A stretch of 64,000 nt of DNA from Thermoplasmatota archaeon (lineage in GTDB: Archaea > Thermoplasmatota > Thermoplasmata > UBA10834): assembly GCA_040751795.1 (NCBI GenBank), contig JBFMHR010000002.1:320001-384000 (forward strand), in the 5' to 3' direction. The notes under the pieces are model-generated. The model ran no database searches. It was not told where the DNA came from and saw nothing but the letters and a program-made list of their open reading frames with translations. Below are positions 44,588 to 54,810 of the stretch, piece after piece (positions within the stretch are counted from its first letter, which is position 1; every line of letters starts with the position of its first letter). Position numbers and translations under genes: made by a program.

Positions 44588-47470
44588 ATGACCCTGGACT
44601 TCTCCGCGATAGAGGCCAAGTGGCGGGACGCCTGGTACGAGGCGAGGATAAACGAGTCCGAGCCCGAGCCCGGCAAGAAGAAGTTCTTCATGATCTTCGC
44701 CTACCCCGGGGTCACGGGCTACCTACACGTCGGCCACATGCGGGGGTACAGCGTGACGGACGCCATCGTCCGCTACAAGCTCATGACGGGCCACAGGGTG
44801 CTCTTCCCGGTGGGCACCCACGCGACGGGGAACGGCGCCATAAGCCTGGCCCGCAGGATCCAGAGGCGGGACCCCGCGATAATAGACCTCCTCACCGCGA
44901 ACGGATGCACCCAGGAGCAGCTCTCGAAGATGTCCGACCCGATGGAGGTCGTGAGGTTCTTCAACTCCGTGTACGTGAACGACTACTGGAAGCGCTTCGG
45001 GTTCATGTCCGACTGGCGCAGGTTCACGTCGACCATCAACCCCGACTACTCGAAGTTCATAGAGTGGCAGATGAGGAAGCTGATGTCCCGCGGGCTACTC
45101 GTCCAGAGGCCGTACTACGCCCCGGCGTGCCTCGAGCACGGCCCCGTCGCCGTCGACGCGTCGGAGACGGACATAATGAGGGGCGGGAACGCTGAGGTCC
45201 TGGAGTACACGCTGCTCAAGTTCGACCTCGAGGACGGGAGGAAGCTCGTGGCGGCCACGCTCAGGCCAGAGACCGTCTTCGGCTTGACCAACTTCTGGGT
45301 CAACCCCGACGTCGAGTACGTCGACGTGGGAATCAGGGGCGAGACGTGGGTGGTGAGCCGGCCTGCCGCGGAGAAGCTGGCGCTGCAGATGGACGACGTG
45401 AAGGTCGCCGGCGCCGCGGACGGCAGGTCTCTCATGGGGAAGAGGTGCAGGGCGCCCTACACTGGCAAGTCGATACCCATCTTCCCGTCGAAGCTGTGCG
45501 ACCCGAACGTGGGGACGGGCCTCGTCATGAGCGTCCCCTCCGACGCCCCGGTCGACTGGATAGGCCTCGTCGAGCTCGGGAGGGACGAGGCCTCGATGAG
45601 GACGTACGGCATCACCAGGGAGATGGTCGAGTCGGCGGCGCCCGTCGCCATCATAGACACCCCCGGATGGGGCCCGATGCCCGCCGTCGAGATAACCCGG
45701 AGGATGGGCATCGAATCGCTGGAGGACCCGAAGCTCGAGGAGGCCACCAAGGAGGTCTACAAGAGCGGCTTCCACAAGGGCGTCATGAACTCGGCGTGCG
45801 GCGCGTTCGCCGGGCAGCCGGTCGAGCGCGCCAAGGACGCGATCCGCGAGGAGCTCATGGCGAACGGCCAGGCCGCGGCCATGCACGACCTCTCGGAGGA
45901 GGTGCTGTGCAGGTGCGGGGGGAAGGTGTACGTCAAGAAGATCCCCGACCAGTGGTTCATAGACTACGCGAACCCGGGGCTGAAGGAGCGCTCCAAGGAG
46001 CACGCGACCACGATGAACATCCTCCCCAAGGAGTACTTCGACAACATCCAGTCCGTCCTGGACTGGTACAGGGAGCGCGCCTCCGTGAGGCTGGGGAACT
46101 GGCTCGGGACCAGGTTCCCGTACGACCCCAAGTGGATCATCGAGGCGATAGCGGACTCCACCCTCTACCCCGTATACTACATAATCTCCATGTACGCCAA
46201 CCAGGGCCTCGTCAGGCCGGAGGCGATGACCGAGGAGTTCTTCGACCACGTGCTCCTCGGGGAGGGCACGCCGGAGGAGGTCCAGAGGGCGACTGGGGTC
46301 CCTGCCGAGACGCTCCGGAGGATCAGGGGCGAGTTCGAGTACTGGTACCCCCTGGACGTCAACCTCGGCGGCAAGGAGCACATGACCGTCCACTTCCCGG
46401 TCTTCCTGATGAACCACGTGGCGGTCCTCAGGCCGCAGCACTGGCCCAGGGGCATACTCGTCAACTGGTACATCACGTCGAGCGGGGGGAAGATCTCCAA
46501 GTCGAAGGGCGGGGCCCAGCCCATACCCGACGCGGCGGAGCGGTTCGGCGTCGACGCCCTCAGGCTGTTCTACGCGCACGTCGCCTCGCTGTACGTCGAC
46601 GTGGTCTGGGAGGACGAGAAGGTCGAGCACTACAGGGACAGGCTCGCCCGGACGTGGGCGCAGGTCCACGAGGCCCTCGCGGCGGAGGACGGCGGCCCTG
46701 GCCCGATGGACGCGTGGCTGGACGCCAGGGTGCAGTCGAGGCTCGCCAGGCTCAGGGGGTACATGGACGTCTACGACGTGAGGTCGTACTCGAACGAGGT
46801 CTACTTCGAGATGCCGCAGGACCTCAGGTGGTACTCCAAGCGCGGCGGGAGGAGCAGGGAGGCCGTCATGAGGGCCCTCGAGTCATGGGTCACCCTCATG
46901 GCCCCGATCACCCCGCACATCGCCGAGGAGCTCTGGGAGGCGATGGGCAGGGAGAGGTTCGTCTCCGTGAGGCAGATCCCCGAGGCGCGGGTGACGGAAG
47001 CCGTCCTCAGGGAGGAGGCCAAGGAGCGCCTCGTCGAGGCCCTGGCCAACGACGTGGCGGAGATAGTCAAGGTCACGGGGGTGAAGCCGTCCAGGATGGT
47101 CGTGATGGCCGCCCCGCAGTGGAAGCACGAGATGCTCGCGGAGGCGCTGTCCCAGCCGAAGGGGAAGCTGGACATGTCCTCGCTGATCAAGTCCGCGATG
47201 GCGAGGGCGGAGGGCTCGGGGGCCAAGAAGGAGGTCCCCGCCTACGCGAAGGAGCTGGCATCGGAGCTGGGAAGGTCCTCCGAGGAGGCGAGGAAGACCA
47301 TGTCCCTCGCCGTCGACGAGGCTGAGGTGCTCCGCGGGGCGTCGGCGTTCCTTGGGGAGCAGTTCGGGTGCGAGGTCAGCGTCTTCTCCGCGGACGACCC
47401 GGCGAAGGTGGACCCCAAGGGGAAGGCCAAGTTCGCGAGGCCAGGCCGCCCGGCGGTCTACATCGAGTGA
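44588..47470 (+). CDS. leuS: Leucine--tRNA ligase (archaeal type)
   Basis: HIGH-like HVGH, ATLRPET, GTGLVMSVPS editing domain, KISKS, PGRPAVYIE. Confidence 0.96.
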   Translation: MTLDFSAIEAKWRDAWYEARINESEPEPGKKKFFMIFAYPGVTGYLHVGHMRGYSVTDAIVRYKLMTGHRVLFPVGTHATGNGAISLARRIQRRDPAIIDLLTANGCTQEQLSKMSDPMEVVRFFNSVYVNDYWKRFGFMSDWRRFTSTINPDYSKFIEWQMRKLMSRGLLVQRPYYAPACLEHGPVAVDASETDIMRGGNAEVLEYTLLKFDLEDGRKLVAATLRPETVFGLTNFWVNPDVEYVDVGIRGETWVVSRPAAEKLALQMDDVKVAGAADGRSLMGKRCRAPYTGKSIPIFPSKLCDPNVGTGLVMSVPSDAPVDWIGLVELGRDEASMRTYGITREMVESAAPVAIIDTPGWGPMPAVEITRRMGIESLEDPKLEEATKEVYKSGFHKGVMNSACGAFAGQPVERAKDAIREELMANGQAAAMHDLSEEVLCRCGGKVYVKKIPDQWFIDYANPGLKERSKEHATTMNILPKEYFDNIQSVLDWYRERASVRLGNWLGTRFPYDPKWIIEAIADSTLYPVYYIISMYANQGLVRPEAMTEEFFDHVLLGEGTPEEVQRATGVPAETLRRIRGEFEYWYPLDVNLGGKEHMTVHFPVFLMNHVAVLRPQHWPRGILVNWYITSSGGKISKSKGGAQPIPDAAERFGVDALRLFYAHVASLYVDVVWEDEKVEHYRDRLARTWAQVHEALAAEDGGPGPMDAWLDARVQSRLARLRGYMDVYDVRSYSNEVYFEMPQDLRWYSKRGGRSREAVMRALESWVTLMAPITPHIAEELWEAMGRERFVSVRQIPEARVTEAVLREEAKERLVEALANDVAEIVKVTGVKPSRMVVMAAPQWKHEMLAEALSQPKGKLDMSSLIKSAMARAEGSGAKKEVPAYAKELASELGRSSEEARKTMSLAVDEAEVLRGASAFLGEQFGCEVSVFSADDPAKVDPKGKAKFARPGRPAVYIE

Positions 47471-47564
47471 CGGGCGCGCCCGCGCACGCTGGTATTCCCT
47501 CTGATAACGAGGTGCGAAAGGATTAAGACGCGTCTGACCAGTTATCGCCATACTGGTCGTTATC

Positions 47565-49394
47565 ATGCGTGGATGGATGGTCGCGCTCGTGCTGGTGTTC
47601 TGCACGGCGCTCGTTCTAGCCCAGCCGTCGGCCGTCAGGGCTCAGGATGGAGACGCGATCGCGATAAGCACGGAGATGACGCTGACCGCCGTCGACTCGC
47701 TCGAGGGCAGCGGGGACGTGCGCTACGAGTTCACTGGGACGCAGGCCACCGCCCTCCGGTTGGCGGTCTTCTCGACATTCGATTTCAACGGGGACAAGTA
47801 CGTCGACGCCTCCGAGGCCCTGAGGTTCCTGGCCGCCCTCGGCGGGGAGCTCGAGGGGAAGCAGCTGTGGGGCGTCACCATCGAGGACGCCACCAACTAC
47901 TCCGCGATGACCGAGTCGCAGGTCACCAACAGGACCACGGGCCTGGTCGGCAGCGTCCCGTCGTCCGAGGGCCCCGTCTCGTTCAGCTTCGACTTCGGGG
48001 CCAGCGGGGAGAGCGTCAGGAAGCTCATCAGGCTCTCCGAGCTCAGCATCCAGACGCTCCTGGGCTCCGTGGAGGAGGTCACCGGCACCGCGTTCGTCGG
48101 GACCCTCGAGATCAGCGACAGGGTGGTCCTCTTCGGGGTGGCCAACCTCGCCTCTCCGGACCTGGTCGACGGGGACCTGGCCGAGTTCAGGACCCCGATG
48201 GGCAGCATAATGTGGTACTCCCTTACGACCGAGGTCGGGGGCGCCAACCCCCCTCCCAGCGAGACCGTGACCTACGAGTCGTTCAACGTGCTCGAGAACC
48301 AGCAGGTCATCTTCGTCGCGCTCCTCGTCGGCTGCATACTGGTCCTCAGGGTCCCGGCCAAGAGGTTCGAGAAGTACAGGCTGGAGCACCCCAAGAAGTT
48401 CAGGAAGTCCGCGAAGCCCCTGCCGACCGTGAGGGCGTTCTCCTGGGCCATGATAGCGCTGCTCTGCGTCTTGTACCTCTTCCCGTTCCTGTTCTCGTTC
48501 GCGGACAGGAACCTCCTCCTCGCCGCGTCGTACCAGCTCTTCCTGATCCCTGCGGCGATCGCGGGCACCTACGTGTTCACGAGGGCGATGTACAGCGTCG
48601 CCTCGCTCAAGATCCCCGAGGACGTGGTCGTCGAGGTCAAGCAGGCCGTCGTCAGCCAGGGGGGCGAGGCGGTGGAGCTCAGGTGCCAGGTGTGCATGAT
48701 GCCCCTGGACGCGGAGCTGGACCTCCACCAGTGCGCTTCGTGCGGGAGCGCCCTGCACGTGGCGTGCGCCCACCGCGCCCAGACCTGCCCGCAGTGCGGC
48801 GAGGTCCTGTTCCCCGAACAGACCCGCTCGGTCGAGTGCAAGGCGTGCGGGGAGACCTTCCTCACATCCCTCGAGGAGGACCCGTTCGCCCTGCAGTGCA
48901 CCCGGTGCGGCGCCTTCCAGGAGGAGATCAAGGCCGGCCAGAACTACCTGGTGGTCGACGTGGACGGCAAGAGGGCCTACAACATGCTGCGCTCGATGGG
49001 CCTGACCGGCAGGCCCTCGATGGTCCTGACCTCGGAGTTCCCGGGCAAGGTCAGGGAGGAGAACGGCCTCGGGGACGACTTCGAGGTCAAGTGGCTCACG
49101 GGGACCACGGGCGACATCGACAGCGTGGGCATCAAGGACCTCGAGGGCGACGCCATGGAGACGGTGTCCACCTTCCTCATGACCACCAAGCGCTCGGGGC
49201 TGCTCCTGGACGGCATCGAGGCCATCATCTCGGAGAACGGGTTCGACGCGGCGCTCGCGTTCATCAGGCGGCTGAACGACCTCGCTGCGATACACGGCGC
49301 GTCGATCATAATGTGGTACGACAGGGGCAGGCTTCCCGAGGCCCAGGACAAGGCCCTCAGCGACGAGTTCGACGAGGTGCACGACTACCTCTGA
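47565..49394 (+). CDS. Membrane protein: extracellular domain, 3 TM, Zn fingers, DUF835
   Basis: Signal peptide, DFNGDKYVDASE loop, TM helices, CQVC..CASC..HVAC..CPQC, CKAC..CTRC, LLLDGIEAIISENGF. Confidence 0.8.
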   Translation: MRGWMVALVLVFCTALVLAQPSAVRAQDGDAIAISTEMTLTAVDSLEGSGDVRYEFTGTQATALRLAVFSTFDFNGDKYVDASEALRFLAALGGELEGKQLWGVTIEDATNYSAMTESQVTNRTTGLVGSVPSSEGPVSFSFDFGASGESVRKLIRLSELSIQTLLGSVEEVTGTAFVGTLEISDRVVLFGVANLASPDLVDGDLAEFRTPMGSIMWYSLTTEVGGANPPPSETVTYESFNVLENQQVIFVALLVGCILVLRVPAKRFEKYRLEHPKKFRKSAKPLPTVRAFSWAMIALLCVLYLFPFLFSFADRNLLLAASYQLFLIPAAIAGTYVFTRAMYSVASLKIPEDVVVEVKQAVVSQGGEAVELRCQVCMMPLDAELDLHQCASCGSALHVACAHRAQTCPQCGEVLFPEQTRSVECKACGETFLTSLEEDPFALQCTRCGAFQEEIKAGQNYLVVDVDGKRAYNMLRSMGLTGRPSMVLTSEFPGKVREENGLGDDFEVKWLTGTTGDIDSVGIKDLEGDAMETVSTFLMTTKRSGLLLDGIEAIISENGFDAALAFIRRLNDLAAIHGASIIMWYDRGRLPEAQDKALSDEFDEVHDYL

Positions 49395-49944
49395 CGCCCC
49401 CGCCCTTCCAGCGCCTGTACAGGCCGTTGTCGACGCCCAGCACGTCCAGGACCCTCCCCACGACGAAGTCGACCATGTCCTCGACCGTCTCAGGCCTCGG
49501 GTAGAACGCGGGGCACGCCGGCAGGACGACCGCGCCGGCCGACGAGAGCCTCTCCATGTTCCCCAGGTGGATCGCCGACAGGGGCGTCTCGCGGACCACG
49601 AGGACCAGCCTCCGCCTCTCCTTCAGGGCGACGGACGCCGCCCTCGTTATGAGGTTGTCGGCTATGCCGCAGGCGATCTTGGACATCGTCGAGGCGCTGC
49701 AAGGCGCTATGACCATCGCGTCGAAGCGCACCGAGCCGGACGACACGGGGGCGGCGAGGTCCGAGTTGGCGAAGTGCTCGTCCCCCAGGGCCTCTATCTC
49801 GGCCTTCCCCATGCCCGTCTCCTGCTCCGCTATCGCTGCCGCGTCGTCGGAGACTATGACGACCTTCCCGCCTGGGAGCGCCCTGAGGAGCCTTATCCCG
49901 TAGACGCTGCCCGATGCGCCCGTAAGGGCCACGATCGTCCTCAC
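49357..49944 (-). CDS. ubiX: Flavin prenyltransferase UbiX
   Basis: VALTGASGSVYG, SSGS, APCS, LKERRRLVLVVRETP, PAFY. GTG start at 49944. Confidence 0.93.
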   Translation of the reverse strand: MRTIVALTGASGSVYGIRLLRALPGGKVVIVSDDAAAIAEQETGMGKAEIEALGDEHFANSDLAAPVSSGSVRFDAMVIAPCSASTMSKIACGIADNLITRAASVALKERRRLVLVVRETPLSAIHLGNMERLSSAGAVVLPACPAFYPRPETVEDMVDFVVGRVLDVLGVDNGLYRRWKGGGVRGSRAPRRTRR

Positions 49945-50135
49945 GGGCCCGGCTAGCACCTCCCCATGACTAAAGCCTTTTGTCCCCGGGGCGCATGCCA
50001 GGCCGCCGGGGCCCGGGCCGCCTGGCGGCCGCGATAGACGGGAAGGGTTTAAATATGGGCACCCTCTTATCCGCGATTTGCCACCCATGTGGCACATGGA
50101 CCCAGTGGTCCCTGCATCTCGCTTGAGGTAATCCG

Positions 50136-50591
50136 ATGGCCACAGCGTTTGACGTACCCGCGAACAAGCTCATACCCAAGATAGCGGAGGAGCTCAGGAA
50201 GCTCGAGACCGTGAAACCCCCGGAGTGGGCCCCCTATGTGAAGACGGGCAGGCACACGGAGAAGAGCCCCATGGAGGAGGGCTGGTGGTTCACCAGGTCC
50301 GCCGCTATGCTGAGGAAGATCTACATAGAGGGCCCGATAGGGACGACCAGGCTCGCGGCCATGTACGGCGGCACCGCCGACAGGGGCTCGAAGCCGGACA
50401 AGGCCGTCAGGGGCTCCAGGTCCATCTCCAGGCTCACTGTGCAGCAGCTCGAGAAGAGCCAGCTGATACAGAAGGAGAAGGACGGCGGAAGGGCCGTGAC
50501 CGCCAAGGGGCGCAAGATGGTCGACTCGCTCGCCACCGCGGTCCTCAAGGAGATGGCGGCCCAGAACCCGGAGCTCACGAAGTACCTGTGA
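50136..50591 (+). CDS. rps19e: 30S ribosomal protein S19e
   Basis: PEWAPYVKTG, WWFTRSAAMLRKIY. Confidence 0.96.
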   Translation: MATAFDVPANKLIPKIAEELRKLETVKPPEWAPYVKTGRHTEKSPMEEGWWFTRSAAMLRKIYIEGPIGTTRLAAMYGGTADRGSKPDKAVRGSRSISRLTVQQLEKSQLIQKEKDGGRAVTAKGRKMVDSLATAVLKEMAAQNPELTKYL

Positions 50592-50601
50592 GTGAGCCAG
50601 T

Positions 50602-50934
50602 ATGGCGGACGACACAGAGCTCGAGGCACTGAGGCAACGGAAGCTCCAGGAGCTTCAGGTCAGGGCGCAGCAGGAGGCCGTGGCGCAGGAGCAGGCGAAG
50701 CAGCTCGACGCGCAGAGGGCCATGCTGATGCGCCAGATACTCACCCCGGAGGCGAGGGAGCGTCTGGCGAACCTGCGCATGACGCGGCCCGACCTGGTGG
50801 AGCACGTCGAGAACCAGCTCGTGATGCTGGTGCAGTCCGGGAGGGTCACGGACAAGATAGACGACTACACCCTCAGGCAGCTCCTGAGGCGGATAATGCC
50901 CGCGAAGCGGGAGATCAAGATCGAGAGGAGATGA
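50602..50934 (+). CDS. PDCD5-like DNA-binding protein
   Basis: [23 protein letters not shown] and conserved position in the S19e operon. Confidence 0.92.
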   Translation: MADDTELEALRQRKLQELQVRAQQEAVAQEQAKQLDAQRAMLMRQILTPEARERLANLRMTRPDLVEHVENQLVMLVQSGRVTDKIDDYTLRQLLRRIMPAKREIKIERR

Positions 50935-50936
50935 GT

Positions 50937-51092
50937 ATGGCCAGGAACAAGCCACACGCGAGGAAGCTCAGGCTGATGAGGGCGACCAAGAGCAACAGGA
51001 GGGTCCCCGCCTGGGTCATGATGAGGACGAACAGGACCTTTCTCAGGCACCCCAAGAGGCGGATGTGGAGAAGGACAAAGTTGAAGGTGTGA
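50937..51092 (+). CDS. rpl39e: 50S ribosomal protein L39e
   Basis: [22 protein letters not shown]. Confidence 0.95.
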   Translation: MARNKPHARKLRLMRATKSNRRVPAWVMMRTNRTFLRHPKRRMWRRTKLKV

Positions 51093-51102
51093 GGTGCCCG
51101 GC

Positions 51103-51393
51103 ATGGCTGAAGAGGTCGAGATGATCTACACGGTCCCGCTGAAGATGACCCGGCAGGTCCCGAAGACCAAGCGCGCCCCCAGGGCCATCAAGGAGATCAA
51201 GGACTACGTGAGGCAGCACCTCGCTGACAAGTCCGCGTCCAAGGAGGACGTCCCCGAGAAGGACGTCTGGATAGACTACAGGCTGAACGAGCACCTCTGG
51301 TCGAGGGGCATAGAGAACCCCCCGAGCAAGGTGCGAGTCAAGGCCATACGGTTCGAGGACGGCCTCATCGAGGTCTCCCTGCCGGAGGAGTAG
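51103..51393 (+). CDS. rpl31e: 50S ribosomal protein L31e
   Basis: IYTVPL, KRAPRAIKEI, LNEHLWSRG. Confidence 0.95.
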   Translation: MAEEVEMIYTVPLKMTRQVPKTKRAPRAIKEIKDYVRQHLADKSASKEDVPEKDVWIDYRLNEHLWSRGIENPPSKVRVKAIRFEDGLIEVSLPEE

Positions 51394-51413
51394 CCCTCCT
51401 GGAGTAGGGCCCG

Positions 51414-52073
51414 ATGCTCAGGCTCGGAGACGTCTTCGGCAGCCCGTACCTGGGCGTGTATTGCTCGGCGAACGAGCGCTACGCCATCGTGCCGGAGGGG
51501 GCGGAGCCATCGTTCATCAGGGATGTCTCGGAGGCCCTGCAGGTCGAGGTCGTCCGGACCTACATCGCCGGTTCGACGCTCCTCGGCTCGCTCGTGGCCA
51601 TGAACTCCAACGGCATCGTCGTCACCAACTTCGCAGAGAAGCAGGAGCTCGCGAGGCTGCCCAAGGAGCTGAGGGTCGGCGTGATGGAGGAGAAGCTCAA
51701 CGCCGCCGGCAACAACATCGTGGCCAACGACAGGGCCGCGTGCATCCACCCCGCGGCGTCGAGGCGCTCGGTCCAGATGGTCGAGGAAGTCCTCGGCGTG
51801 GAGGTGCGCAGGTGCGCCATAGCGGGCATCGAGACGGTCGGCTCCGTGTGCCTGGCCACCTCGAAGGGCGTCGTTTGCCACCCGAGGACCCCGGACGAGG
51901 AGCTCAAGGAGCTGTCGTCGCTCTTCAGGGTGCCGGCGTCCGTCGCGACACTGAACTACGGCACGCCGTACGTCGGGGCGTGCGCCCTGGCGAACAGCAA
52001 GGGCGCGATGGTCGGGTCCCGCTCGACGCCGATAGAGCTGGGCCGCATAGAGGACGGCCTCGGGTTGTTCTAG
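51414..52073 (+). CDS. eif6: Translation initiation factor 6 (aIF6)
   Basis: GSPYLGVY, NSNGIVV, GNNIVAND, ELGRIEDGL. Confidence 0.93.
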   Translation: MLRLGDVFGSPYLGVYCSANERYAIVPEGAEPSFIRDVSEALQVEVVRTYIAGSTLLGSLVAMNSNGIVVTNFAEKQELARLPKELRVGVMEEKLNAAGNNIVANDRAACIHPAASRRSVQMVEEVLGVEVRRCAIAGIETVGSVCLATSKGVVCHPRTPDEELKELSSLFRVPASVATLNYGTPYVGACALANSKGAMVGSRSTPIELGRIEDGLGLF

Positions 52074-52079
52074 GGCCTC

Positions 52080-52721
52080 TCACGGCGAGAAGAGCCAGAT
52101 CTCCGTGCCCGAGGCGGGCAGGTCCTCGGGCGCGAAGTCCACCTCGTTGCCGACCCTGACGACGCTGTCCTGGTCGAACTGGTCCAGGAAGTCCTGGACG
52201 GACCTGATCGAGAGCGAGAGCCCGTGGGTCCTGTAGTGCATCGGGACGGCGACCTTCGGGGCGACCTTCTCGATGATGCCCTTGGCGACCGCCGGCCCTA
52301 TCGTGAACACGTCCCCCACCGGGACGAAGAGGAAGTCGACCGGCGAGAGCTTCTCCACCGTCGCGTCGTCCAGGTCGTGCCCCAGGTCCCCCAGGTGGCA
52401 GAACGACGTGCCGTCCACCTCGAACCTGAAGATCACGACCTTGCCGCGCTTCGCCCCTCCGGCGTCGTCGTGGCTCGCCTCGACGCCGACGACCCTCACG
52501 CCCTGCTCGACCGTCATCACGGGCGTGGATATGACCGAGCCGTCCTGCTTCCTGACGAGCCTCGAGCAGTTGTGGTCGAAGTGGTCGTGCGACACGAGGA
52601 CCAGGTCGGCCTTCGCCTTCGGAGGCGCGATGCCTATCGACTTGCCGTCGTGCGGGTCGGTGACCACCTGGACGCTTCCGTCGACCTCAAAACACGCATG
52701 TCCGTGCCAGCGAATGCGCAA
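52080..52721 (-). CDS. MBL-fold metallo-hydrolase
   Basis: WHGHACF, SHDHFDH, HLGDLGH, VPMHY. Start inferred. Confidence 0.88.
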   Translation of the reverse strand: MRIRWHGHACFEVDGSVQVVTDPHDGKSIGIAPPKAKADLVLVSHDHFDHNCSRLVRKQDGSVISTPVMTVEQGVRVVGVEASHDDAGGAKRGKVVIFRFEVDGTSFCHLGDLGHDLDDATVEKLSPVDFLFVPVGDVFTIGPAVAKGIIEKVAPKVAVPMHYRTHGLSLSIRSVQDFLDQFDQDSVVRVGNEVDFAPEDLPASGTEIWLFSP

Positions 52722-52787
52722 GAGAGCCCGCCCCCCGCGGGGTGAAGTAATCATGGACTCCGTACTTAACACAGACGGTGCGGGGCT

Positions 52788-53543
52788 TCAGCCCTTGACC
52801 TTCCTTACCGTCCTGACCTTCCTCTCGGGCAGCTCCTGCGCTGCGGGCTTCGCGGCCTCGGGCTCCGGGATCCTCACCTTGCGCTCCTGCAGGACGGGCG
52901 CCTGGGGCTGCGGCCTCTGCGGGGCGACCTGCGGCGCCGCCGCGGGCTGCGGGGCCGGAGCCGGGGAGGGCTGTCCGGCTGGCGGGCGGACGCTCCTTAC
53001 CTTCCTTATCTTCGTGGTGTCGGGCGGGGCCTGCTGCTGCGGAGCGGCCCTGACCGGAGCGGGCTCCGGTTCCGGCTGCCTCTGGACCGGGGCTGGCGCG
53101 GGTGCGGGCGCCCGTGCGGGCGCAGGCGCCTGGACCGGCGCGGGCGCGGCCCTCTCGACGACCGGCTGCGGGCGTGGCTGGACGGGCTCCGGCTGCCTCT
53201 GTGCGGGCAGGGCCTCCCTCACGATCAGGTCCTCGGCGGTGCGGGCCGTCCTCTGCCCTGCGGCGGCCTCCGGCTGGGCCTTCGCAGCCTCCCTCTCCGC
53301 CTCCGCCATCTCCATCGCCGGGGTCCTGAGGGTCGACTCTATCTTCTCGCCGACGCTCCCTGGCTCGAACTTCTGCTTCTCGAGGAGGAGCTCGCGTTCG
53401 AGCTTCTCGATCTGGAGGATCCACTCGTCCTCCTCCTCGAAGTCCCACCCGCAGAACTCGCAGATGTTCGCCTCGAGGGAGACGCCTAGACCGCAGCTAG
53501 GGCACTCCTTCTTGGGCTCGCCGCGGTCCATTTTTTTGGGCAT
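52788..53543 (-). CDS. Zn-ribbon protein with Pro/Ala-rich disordered tail
   Basis: ECPSCG..ICEFCGWDF, a coiled segment, an APAP-rich region and RKVR repeats. Confidence 0.7.
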   Translation of the reverse strand: MPKKMDRGEPKKECPSCGLGVSLEANICEFCGWDFEEEDEWILQIEKLERELLLEKQKFEPGSVGEKIESTLRTPAMEMAEAEREAAKAQPEAAAGQRTARTAEDLIVREALPAQRQPEPVQPRPQPVVERAAPAPVQAPAPARAPAPAPAPVQRQPEPEPAPVRAAPQQQAPPDTTKIRKVRSVRPPAGQPSPAPAPQPAAAPQVAPQRPQPQAPVLQERKVRIPEPEAAKPAAQELPERKVRTVRKVKG

Positions 53544-53657
53544 CGTCAAGATAATTCTCAGGAGGTTATATAAGCACTTCGACCGAACACCACGGGTGGG
53601 GGCCAGCGCCCGCCGGTAGGCACAGTAAAATACCTTGTCTGGTGATTACACAGAGGA

Positions 53658-54806
53658 ATGAAGACACTGGTGCTCTGCGTCGACAGGGACGACGACCTCG
53701 GCGTGAAGGCAGGGGTGAACGGCCCCGTCATAGGCAGGAAGGAGAACCTCGATGCAGCACTGGCGCTCGGGATAGCCGACCCGGAGGACGTCGACACCAA
53801 CACCATCCTGTCGGGCCTGCAGCTGTACGACGACCTGACGAAGAGGGGCATCGACGCCGAGATAGCGACCATCGCGGGTGACTCCCACGTCGGTTTCCAG
53901 TCCGACCTCATACTCACCACCCAGCTGGAGAACGTCCTGGAGGTGGTCAGGCCGGACCGCGCCATCCTCGTCAGCGACGGGGCGGAGGACGAGTCGATCT
54001 ACCCGGTCATCTCGTCCAGGGTCAAGATCGACTCGGTGAGGAAGGTCTACGTCAAGCAGAGCAAGAGCATCGAGGGCACGTACTACATGATAGTCAAGAC
54101 CCTCCAGGACGAGAAGATGAGGCGGCGGTGGATCGTCCCGCTGTCGCTCATACTGATCATCTGGGGGCTCCTCTCCCTGGCCACGAAGGTCATCCAGTTC
54201 CAGGAGGGGGGGTTCGAGGACATAGGGCTCGTCTCCGAGATGGCTTTCGGGGTGATAGGCGTGGTCATAGGCCTGTACCTGATAGGGTGGGCGTACAGGT
54301 GGGCCGAGCGGCTGAGCGAGTGGACCGTCCACACGAGGCGGTCCCTCAGGCAGGGCAGCCTCGCCATCCCATTCGCAATCATAGGGCTCGTCCTCGCGGT
54401 CGTGGGCCTGCTGGTGGGCTACGACCTGGCCCTCGCGTACAGGTCCTCCCTCCTCGAGAACGAGAGGAGCCTGGCCATATCCATCCTGATATTCGTCTCC
54501 GGCTCGGTGTGGTTCGTCGTCTTCGGCGTGTTCATCCTGGAGACGGGGAACTCGGTCACGGCGTTCCTCCAGACGGGGAAGGTCCGCTGGTCGTTCATAG
54601 TCATGATGGTCTCCGTCCTGGCGACCGGTTTCATAGTCCAGGGGTCCGCCGACGCCCTCCTGTACTTCATAGGGCACGGCGACTACGACCTGTTCATCAT
54701 CGTGGGGGAGATGGTGACGGGCATCCTGATCGCGGTGTTCAGCTCGGTGCTGAACGCCTCGCTGAGGGCCGAGTCCCGCAGGAAGCGCGCGTCGGCAGGG
54801 GCGTGA
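53658..54806 (+). CDS. DUF373 family membrane protein
   Basis: LVLCVDRDDDLG, ADPEDVDTN, VSDGAEDE, then several TM helices. Confidence 0.88.
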   Translation: MKTLVLCVDRDDDLGVKAGVNGPVIGRKENLDAALALGIADPEDVDTNTILSGLQLYDDLTKRGIDAEIATIAGDSHVGFQSDLILTTQLENVLEVVRPDRAILVSDGAEDESIYPVISSRVKIDSVRKVYVKQSKSIEGTYYMIVKTLQDEKMRRRWIVPLSLILIIWGLLSLATKVIQFQEGGFEDIGLVSEMAFGVIGVVIGLYLIGWAYRWAERLSEWTVHTRRSLRQGSLAIPFAIIGLVLAVVGLLVGYDLALAYRSSLLENERSLAISILIFVSGSVWFVVFGVFILETGNSVTAFLQTGKVRWSFIVMMVSVLATGFIVQGSADALLYFIGHGDYDLFIIVGEMVTGILIAVFSSVLNASLRAESRRKRASAGA

Positions 54807-54810
54807 GGCC

